This document shows, in pieces, positions 10,330 through 17,900 of a stretch of DNA of 64,000 nt; the first letter of the stretch is position 1; the number at the start of each line of letters is the position of its first letter. The stretch is from a virus: positions 32,001 through 96,000 of the IMG/VR virus record IMGVR_UViG_3300012920_000023, one strand, 5' to 3'. The position numbers were made by a program, and so were the translations under genes. Under the pieces are notes generated by a model. That model was not told where the DNA came from. It did no database searches and saw only the letters and a list, made by a program, of their open reading frames with translations.

Positions 10330-10820
10330 TGAACCTGTCGGAGATCACCACATCGGCTAACATAGCGAAAGTTCCTATGCCGTTCATTATGATTAACAAG
10401 ATGCCGTGGCCCTATGCAGGCAAGGTTCTTCTCCCGACGTACAGAGGTGTGTCTTACGTTCGCTTAAACAAGGCTAACCGGGTACAGGTTTCTGAAAGCA
10501 CGTCTAAGGCTCTCAAGACTAGCCTAGAGAAGAAACACGGAGTGAAACTATCTTACTCCGTATCCGGTGATCTTATGGATCTGTATTCCATAGTTGTTCC
10601 TAAAGACAAGCGTGGGCAGGGCTTAGGTTCTAGGGTTATGAAAGAGATTATCTCTTGGGCCGATCAGAATGACGTTATCATTTCGCTTACTCCGAGTGGC
10701 GATCTTGGCTCGTCAGTCTCACGGCTCAAGAAGTTTTATTCCGGGCTAGGCTTCAAGTTGAACAAAGGCAGGAATAAAGATTTTCGCACACAGAACACGA
10801 TGATTAGATATCCCACTTAA
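10329..10820 (+). CDS. GNAT-family acetyltransferase
   Basis: Acetyl-CoA motif IVVPKDKRGQGLGSRVM and LKKFYSGLGF. Confidence 0.88.
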   Translation: MNLSEITTSANIAKVPMPFIMINKMPWPYAGKVLLPTYRGVSYVRLNKANRVQVSESTSKALKTSLEKKHGVKLSYSVSGDLMDLYSIVVPKDKRGQGLGSRVMKEIISWADQNDVIISLTPSGDLGSSVSRLKKFYSGLGFKLNKGRNKDFRTQNTMIRYPT

Positions 10821-10838
10821 ACTAAAAAGGAATGGATT

Positions 10839-11231
10839 ATGTTTTTACATGAACATTTAGAAGATCTCTTAAATGAAAGAGACTACAAATTAAAGGGCAC
10901 AGAGCGTACGCTAATGAAAGCCTTAACAAACGCCGGACTAAAGGTTAGCGTAACCACTAGACAGAGAGGCAGGGACTCTGAGGAATCGCTCGTTGCAGAC
11001 AAGCCTATTGAGAATCCCTCGATTCTGTATAATGCACTCAAGAAATCCGGGGTCAAAAATCCCATTGTCATGTACAGTACCGTTGGATTCACAGGTAAGC
11101 AGGCCAACCAAGATTATCAGTTCCGTTTCGCAGGGAACACGTTTGAGGTCTACCGTGGGAAAACAATCTACTTTATTGGCCGTGGTGACAAATTGTCCGG
11201 CAAATTAAGCCTTTACGATCCTAACGCATAA
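10839..11231 (+). CDS. Hypothetical protein with shared N-terminal leader
   Basis: Starts MFLHEHLEDLLNE; AAGGA RBS. Confidence 0.65.
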   Translation: MFLHEHLEDLLNERDYKLKGTERTLMKALTNAGLKVSVTTRQRGRDSEESLVADKPIENPSILYNALKKSGVKNPIVMYSTVGFTGKQANQDYQFRFAGNTFEVYRGKTIYFIGRGDKLSGKLSLYDPNA

Positions 11232-11240
11232 AAGGCTCTC

Positions 11241-11260
11241 AACGAGCCTTCGCTCGTTTT
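11241..11260 (+). terminator. Putative intrinsic terminator between convergent genes
   Basis: AACGAGC-CTTC-GCTCGTT hairpin followed by T residues. Confidence 0.5.
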
Positions 11261-11261
11261 G

Positions 11262-12200
11262 TTACCAAATCTGATCCCACCAACAGGCACAATCCCATTT
11301 CTTAGGGCTAATATGATGGTGGCCTATCACGCCGGTGAACTCATTCAAGAGAAAGTTCTTATCAACAACACCATGATAGATATCGCCGGTGTCGGACTCA
11401 CCCTTTGGCCCTCTAGGGCAAACTTTCGGGATGTTCAAAGCCACGCAGAGTGTGTTTATGGCGTGCCGGGTTGCTTTTGCGACGCCCGGGTCAATGCTTA
11501 AGATCTCTCTTGGCCCTCTGTCTGTGGGGTTATCTATCCGACTGACGTCGTATGGTGCTTTAGAGTATCGGCTCTCCCACTTCAAACCGGGTTGTTGGCA
11601 AATATCAATACCCACAGAACTGCCGTTAGCCCATCCTGCATGCCATGACTTGTGATTGAGATCAAGGTATTGATAAATGGTAGGCTCTCCGGTATCAGAT
11701 AGACCGATACCTGCATGGCTTGAAACCTTACGGTTTGGGTCACTGAACACACGATAACAGTGATGAGGATTAAGACCACCCCAATGTACGACGATTAATC
11801 GTATCGGCTTGCCCTTTCGACTTGAAAAGTGTCCGAATCGATGTAGGTCTAGCCCACCGGGTTGGTCAAAATTAACGAACTCAACCTCCGGGTTTGAGAA
11901 GCATGAATGTCTGCGGTCATCTATAGTCCAAAACGAGTCTGAGTCTTCGACCGGTTCATACTGCTTTAAGATTGCAGTCCAAGTACCCCGTCCGAGTTTA
12001 CCATCTGCGGTTAAGCCTAGGTCTTTTTGCACCTTTTTAACCCCTTTAACAAAGTCTTTTGACTCATGAAAGTTGGCTAATCCGGGATAGTCGAGGGTCA
12101 AGTTAGGGACATTAATCAAGTCTCGCCCCCAAATAGATCTAGAGGCTTTCTCGTTGAACCTTTGGGCAGACTTTATACTATGTTGTGTTAAGGTTGACAT
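11262..12200 (-). CDS. Endolysin: peptidoglycan-binding domain plus N-acetylmuramoyl-L-alanine amidase (Amidase_2)
   Basis: VKKVQKDLGLTADGKLGRGTW (PG-binding); IVVHW, SSH, WHAG..N..SVGID, GHHHI..KWDC (Zn amidase). Confidence 0.88.
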   Translation of the reverse strand: MSTLTQHSIKSAQRFNEKASRSIWGRDLINVPNLTLDYPGLANFHESKDFVKGVKKVQKDLGLTADGKLGRGTWTAILKQYEPVEDSDSFWTIDDRRHSCFSNPEVEFVNFDQPGGLDLHRFGHFSSRKGKPIRLIVVHWGGLNPHHCYRVFSDPNRKVSSHAGIGLSDTGEPTIYQYLDLNHKSWHAGWANGSSVGIDICQQPGLKWESRYSKAPYDVSRIDNPTDRGPREILSIDPGVAKATRHAINTLCVALNIPKVCPRGPKGESDTGDIYHGVVDKNFLLNEFTGVIGHHHISPKKWDCACWWDQIW

Positions 12201-12239
12201 GTTAATGGTGCCTTAGAGTGAGTGGGTAGTGTTATTAGA

Positions 12240-13376
12240 TTAATTTTCATCGCTTTGATCTGCAAATGAAAAATGATCGATACGTTCACATGCCGTGTCA
12301 TAGTATTCAGTTGAGATTTCAATACCTTTGAAGTTGAAACCCTCTTTTCCGCAGGCAATCCCGGTGGTTCCCGATCCCATAAAAGGGTCTAGGACTGTGC
12401 CGTTTGCCGGGGTAACTAATCGCACAAGATATTCCATTAATGCTATAGGTTTAACTGTTTTGTGTGTGTTTGGGTCTGATAGCCCGGCCTGCTTTTCTTT
12501 CTTGCTTGCTTTTGGACAGTAGAAAAAGCGTGTTGCTCCACTGCTCTGCCGTTCAAGCGTCTCAAGTGTCTCTGAGTTAGAGAAGATAATGTTTGAGGGA
12601 AACCTGCCTAGCGGATGACTCTCCACAGTTCTTAGTTTAGTTTTAAACGTACCTATTGAGTCATTTGGTTGATGAGTTGATTTCCATGACTCATCGCTCT
12701 CAATCCGGCAGGCATCAATGTTAAGGCCACCGGTTTTATGCTTAAGCACGTTTTTTACCACCGTACCCTCTAAGGGTTTACGCATAACCAAAATAGGCTC
12801 ATAGGCCGGCTTAAGGGTTGTGCCCCATCCCTCAAACTCAGTATGCCCTTTAGTTATGTATGCGGTCTTACCGACTGTGCCGGACTCATACAACGTGTTG
12901 CTCTTATCACATTTTTCCCGGCTATTAGGATTTCGTCCGATAATTTCACGCTCATTTCCGAGTTTTTTGTCTACCATTTTTCCAATATCTTGGCTCTTAG
13001 GGAAGCCACTCCCATAGACCCAATGTAGGCAGTCTCTGCTTTCAAAGTTTGCGATCCTCATAGATAAGCCCATAAGGTCTTGTGTTCTTGAGCCGGCGAA
13101 CACTAGAGCATGACCTCCGGGCTTTAATACTCGATAAACTTCTTTCCATAACGCAGGAGGGGGGACAAATCCGTCCCAAGATTCACCCATGAACCCTTTT
13201 TTATTCGGGGGCACATAGGAATCATCACCATTTGACCATTCAGTCAGTACCTTAATAAACTCTTTAGTTTTTAGTTGCGACAGGCCATAAGGGGGATCGG
13301 TGACAACAGCGTCTATGGTGTTGCTCTGTATCTCTTTAAGAGCCTGCAAGGCTTCTCCGTTGATTAGTTCATTCAT
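12240..13376 (-). CDS. DNA methyltransferase, N4-C/N6-A beta class
   Basis: VTDPPYG precedes VLDPFMGSGTTG; HKTVKP motif. Confidence 0.93.
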   Translation of the reverse strand: MNELINGEALQALKEIQSNTIDAVVTDPPYGLSQLKTKEFIKVLTEWSNGDDSYVPPNKKGFMGESWDGFVPPPALWKEVYRVLKPGGHALVFAGSRTQDLMGLSMRIANFESRDCLHWVYGSGFPKSQDIGKMVDKKLGNEREIIGRNPNSREKCDKSNTLYESGTVGKTAYITKGHTEFEGWGTTLKPAYEPILVMRKPLEGTVVKNVLKHKTGGLNIDACRIESDESWKSTHQPNDSIGTFKTKLRTVESHPLGRFPSNIIFSNSETLETLERQSSGATRFFYCPKASKKEKQAGLSDPNTHKTVKPIALMEYLVRLVTPANGTVLDPFMGSGTTGIACGKEGFNFKGIEISTEYYDTACERIDHFSFADQSDEN

Positions 13377-13382
13377 TTAAAA

Positions 13383-13769
13383 TCAATTCTCCCTTAACAA
13401 TCTCTCATCCCTATAAGCGGATATTTCGGCCTGTAGTTTTTCTTTCTGCTCAGTAGTGAGCATGCCTGCCCATTTTCTTGCCGTGTAAAGGACTGCCGGC
13501 ATATCCTCAGTCTTAGCCCGTTCTTCTAACAATGAGATCATGTTTATCTTTTGTGGTTCGGATAACTCCTGTGCATAGTGATAACCGACAGGACGCTCCG
13601 TATAGTAGCGTCGTCCGCATGCTCTTGTCTTGCGGAGTTCAACCTTGATGATTGACCCCTTAAGGCCATTATCATCGTCTTCTTCTACCCTTAGAAGAGC
13701 GTGAATGATTTCGCTTCCCTCTGAGTGGTCAACTTCATTCTCTCCGTAAATTGCTTTCCATCTTGCCAT
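13383..13769 (-). CDS. Hypothetical protein
   Basis: AAGGA RBS; own upstream promoter motif. Confidence 0.65.
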   Translation of the reverse strand: MARWKAIYGENEVDHSEGSEIIHALLRVEEDDDNGLKGSIIKVELRKTRACGRRYYTERPVGYHYAQELSEPQKINMISLLEERAKTEDMPAVLYTARKWAGMLTTEQKEKLQAEISAYRDERLLREN

Positions 13770-13803
13770 CTTGTTATCCTTTTGATTTTTATCTGAAATT
13801 ACT

Positions 13804-13832
13804 TTGTCACTCTATTTTTAGAGAGTCAAGTC
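13804..13832 (-). promoter_or_regulatory. Variant promoter GACTTGAC-N15-TGACAA
   Basis: Same architecture at 46244..46272(+) and 56842..56870(-). Confidence 0.55.
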
Positions 13833-13841
13833 TAAAATAGA

Positions 13842-14303
13842 TTAACAGTTTTGATCTTTATAGACTTGAATATCGTCTAAACGGTTCTCAAGGTTTTCAC
13901 CCTTGAGCCATTTGTTAAACTGCTCTTCATTACCTCTAAACTTGTGAATCTCTAGCCTGTCACTCTCAAGGGGATAGCCCTCAACTTGCCATTCAATTTG
14001 TGCACTCGTGTGCAGGCGTTTCATAAGATCATTGCGGTACTTAATCTGACCGGCGGTCAACATGGACTTCATGTGGTTGAACGTATATTCGGTCACAGTC
14101 GTTTCGATTCCTCCGTGAGCGTTCTTATAGACTTGCGTCTCTTTAATATCTCCCGTCTTTGAGCAGACGGTGTATCTTGACGAGATATAAACCTCATCCG
14201 GTTCGCAGTTGCAGGCATAGCCCTCGCTTGCATGTGTTCGCTCTCCACATTCATAGCAGAATCTGTAGTAAGAGTTCCAATCGTCGGGTACGTTGTATGG
14301 CAT
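13842..14303 (-). CDS. Hypothetical early protein with CxxC...CxC motif
   Basis: Start moved to ATG at 14303 (MPYNVP) behind AAAGGA; own sigma70-type promoter. Confidence 0.65.
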   Translation of the reverse strand: MPYNVPDDWNSYYRFCYECGERTHASEGYACNCEPDEVYISSRYTVCSKTGDIKETQVYKNAHGGIETTVTEYTFNHMKSMLTAGQIKYRNDLMKRLHTSAQIEWQVEGYPLESDRLEIHKFRGNEEQFNKWLKGENLENRLDDIQVYKDQNC

Positions 14304-14337
14304 CTTTAGTTCCTTTCTGAACCATATTGGTGAATAC

Positions 14338-14366
14338 AACATAACTCTCCCGTTGATGATAGTCAA
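14338..14366 (-). promoter_or_regulatory. Sigma70-type promoter TTGACT-N17-TATGTT
   Basis: Consensus match with upstream AT-rich tract. Confidence 0.75.
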
Positions 14367-14490
14367 GATAAAAATAAAAAAACTTTTAATCACGGGCCTT
14401 TAATGGTGCTCTATATTTTGGAGCACCAATAGGGCTTATATAAGTGTTCTCAAGCCGGTTCGATTATTTGATTCTTATCTTATTTTTTAC

Positions 14491-14519
14491 TTGACTAACA
14501 TGGGGGAAAGAGTTATATT
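14491..14519 (+). promoter_or_regulatory. Sigma70-type promoter TTGACT-N17-TATATT
   Basis: Consensus match with T-rich UP element. Confidence 0.8.
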
Positions 14520-14556
14520 TGATCATCAATCAATATGGTTCAGAAAGGAACCCATC

Positions 14557-14943
14557 ATGACAAAAGAAGCCAACTCTAAAAAGGTAAAAACTGAGGTTGA
14601 ACTCTCTTACTCAGTAACCGCTTTCATCAACCTTGACGAACGAATGAAAGAGGCCGATACAACCTACACCCCTCTTGACGTGGTGGGGCTACACGCTAAA
14701 TATGACTCGCTTTTTCTTGAGATGAGTGACGGTGAACAACTTGAGTTAAATATCGGGGATGAGATTTGTAATATGCAAACATGTACCAAATACCCGTCAA
14801 CTATTGGAGTCTTTGAAGTCAAGGTTGATCCGGCCAATAATATCTATTCAACGGACACTTTGGCCGAGGAAAATAAGTACGGTTACGGCGTAGAGTTTGA
14901 CGCTAGAAATCAAAGCGAGGGTCAATCAGAAACCGATGACTAG
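14557..14943 (+). CDS. Acidic hypothetical early protein
   Basis: Start moved to ATG 14557 behind AAAGGA; the ORF-track TTG start is the -35 box. Confidence 0.65.
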   Translation: MTKEANSKKVKTEVELSYSVTAFINLDERMKEADTTYTPLDVVGLHAKYDSLFLEMSDGEQLELNIGDEICNMQTCTKYPSTIGVFEVKVDPANNIYSTDTLAEENKYGYGVEFDARNQSEGQSETDD

Positions 14944-14946
14944 CCC

Positions 14947-17900
14947 TTAGAGGATCACAAAGTTAAACGTGATATTCGATCCGTCGGCTATCGGTGACCC
15001 GGATTGGTTCGTATAGGTAAACTGAAACGAGCCGTCGGCGACGGTGTGAGGGTGAACATCAACGTGAGCCGAAGCCGTACCCATGATCACGGAGGTGGCT
15101 TTACATAGCGTATTTGAAACGGTGATCGACGTACCCTTTCTAGCACCGTTGCCTAGAGCACCATTAGTAGTCACGGTCACGCTTACACTATGTGTGTTAG
15201 AAGTGAAGTTCCCACTGCTCGTACTCTCATTGGTGCTAGTAGTAGGCTTGCCGAGAATACGCACACCATTACAGTCTAGCGTTGCAAGTGCGGTGTCGGC
15301 AATCGTCGCAGTTGTATCACTATCACTAATGTTAGTTGCATGTCTGTCAAACAACTTGTAAGTGCCGGTATCAGAGCCGTTTGGTTGATATAGGAAGCCG
15401 GCAAACACATCGCTCGATGACGAGTCCTCATACTTGCAGTAAAACCCAATGTTGTTTGTCTGCGGTGAAGTTGCGTTGAGTCCGAGTTGGATCATGGGGT
15501 CTTTGAACTTTACTACAGTCCCTGTTCCCTTAATGGTGCCGGCAACAGTAAGGTCAGCACCTACATCAAGGTCTGTACCGACATCGAGGTCATTACCAAC
15601 CTCAAGGTCTTGAACGATAGAGACATCATCATCAAGTTTAATCGACACGACATTGCTTGAGTTAGTAATATCGATATTGTTATCGGTATTATTAAGCGTA
15701 AGAATCGCAGGACTCGCACCTTGAGTGAAGTTATATTGCCCGGCAGTTCCGGTGGTATCAGTCTTGAGAGTGAACAGTGTGTCGTTCTGCAAGAGGATAT
15801 TCTGTGCACCATTACCGTCGCCACGATCTGCCTGCCAAAGACTACCTGTCTCGTTATAAGCAAGAGTGGCATTAGCACTGTCTCCACGCTCTATAGAGAT
15901 GCCGACAGTATGACTAGGTGTGCCGGTTTGATCACTATTAAGTGTGATAGCAGTAAGCCCCTCGCCGGTAACATTCAATGAAGTCACAGTCGTTACGCCT
16001 GCACCCAAAGTGCCGGTTGTGGACAGATTCTCATCGCCGAATGAAATGGCTCCGGTTGTGTCAGTGATAGACCCGGTGGTGAAAGCCAACGTGCTGTCTA
16101 CAGTCAGATTCCCGAGGATCTTGACATTTCCGACGTCTGCAAACTCCCAATTTGTCTCACTCTCATCCCAAAAGAACTTAGCGTCTGTCGCAGACCCACG
16201 GTTCACGGTCAGACCGAAATCGTCAGTGCTCGCCGGAGCCACACCGCCGGCTAGGTCTGAGTTAAACGTAATCGCTCCTGCGTTCGCAGTTGTGAAGTTA
16301 AGGTTTGAAGTCAGAGTCGTGGCTTGATGGAGTGTAATAGTCTCAGCAAGAGAGTTTATGGTGAGGTAATCTTCGTTTGCGTCCCCTTGTTGAATATGGA
16401 ACGCAGATGCCCGGCCATCGCCTACATTGACGGTAATATCGTTAGTCTTGGGGGAGATCGTAGTAAGTGCAATGTCTGCAACATCTCCAATGTTACCGGC
16501 GTTGTCCATAGAGACACTGCCTGTTACGGTCAGAGATTCAAGGGTTGTCGCTCCTGCGGTTAGAGTACCGGTTGTGGTGATGTTGTCATTGTCAAAACTG
16601 ATCTCTCCTGTGTCGGAGGTGATCTGTAAGTTTGAAGCCCCAAACGTGATGCTTCCACTTGTGCATGAGATTGATCCGTCGGAAATCGTGATGGCATCGG
16701 TTGAACCGCTATCCACAATCAAATCGTTATTAATTTGAACTTTACCGGCGTTATTGAACAACCATGAAAGTTCACCCTCATCCCAATGGAAAATGGCGTT
16801 AGTGCCCGATCCACGGTTGACTGTGATCCCAAAGTCGTCGTTTACATTAGGAGCACTGCCACCGGCGAGGTCAGAGTTGAATACAATCGCCCCTTGTGAA
16901 GCCGTTGGGAAGTTTAAGATACCCTCGGTGGTAATGTTACCGTTTGAAGATGCAATCGTTACTTTCTGTGAGCCAAGAGTAGCACCAATGTGGAGATCGG
17001 CCTGCGAAACTAGTTTAGTGTCAAACGCAAAAGAAGCGTTACTTTGATCCCATTTGAACTTAGCGTTCGTCAGTTCTCCACGCTCCACCTCAATCAAGGT
17101 TGCATCGGCATCTTGACCGCTTCCTGTACGGTCAGAGTTGGCCACAATCAAAGACGCAGTAGCGTCATATTTGAGATTAACGATTCCACCGTGAGTCGTT
17201 GCCTTGGAAAAGGCCACCGGCTCATTGTGTAACACATCCTTTTTAAACTGAATCTCTTCCGAAGAGTCCGTGGTGACGAAAACGAGGTACTCATTAGTGC
17301 TTTCAGTGATTGACAGAGCAGATGGTTGGTTGTCTGCTAGTGAAATCACCATCCCATCACCGGTTTGGTCAGTGATAGAGTCTAGAGCGATGCTTCCTAC
17401 ACCCGAGACATTACCCACTTGAGTAAGACCGCCACTGCTAAAGTCGGCACTTGATACGGTTAGCATACCACCCGTAGTGATCTTTGCGGTTGTAGTGCCG
17501 GCACTCGTTGTGTCTCCGATAGTAAGAGCATTTCCACTTACTCCGGCTTTACCTTGAATGTGCAGACTACCCTGTGGATTGAGGTTAAACTCGCCGGGAT
17601 CTTCATCCCATGAAATGATCGCATTTGTGTCTGTACCACGCTCCACAGTTAGCAGAGTTGCGTCGGCATTATCACCGGCGTTCGTATCATTTGAGTTGAA
17701 CACGATACCGCCACAAGTATCATCTAGGTTAAGAGTGTCGCCTAAAGTTGTAACGCCGGTTACGGCAAGTGTGCTCGTGACTGCGAGAGTACCTGCGATG
17801 GCAGTGTTGCCACTTGAAGCGGTGACATTGAACTTGTTCGCTCCAACAATAAAGTTTCCGGTAGACTTAAGTGCATTAGACAACGCCCAATGGCCATTAG

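Larger units (their letters stand above)
14309..14551. repeat. 21-bp perfect inverted repeat (CAATATGGTTCAGAAAGGAAC) forming the leaders of two divergent genes
   Basis: Copies at 14309..14329 (-) and 14531..14551 (+). Confidence 0.9.
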
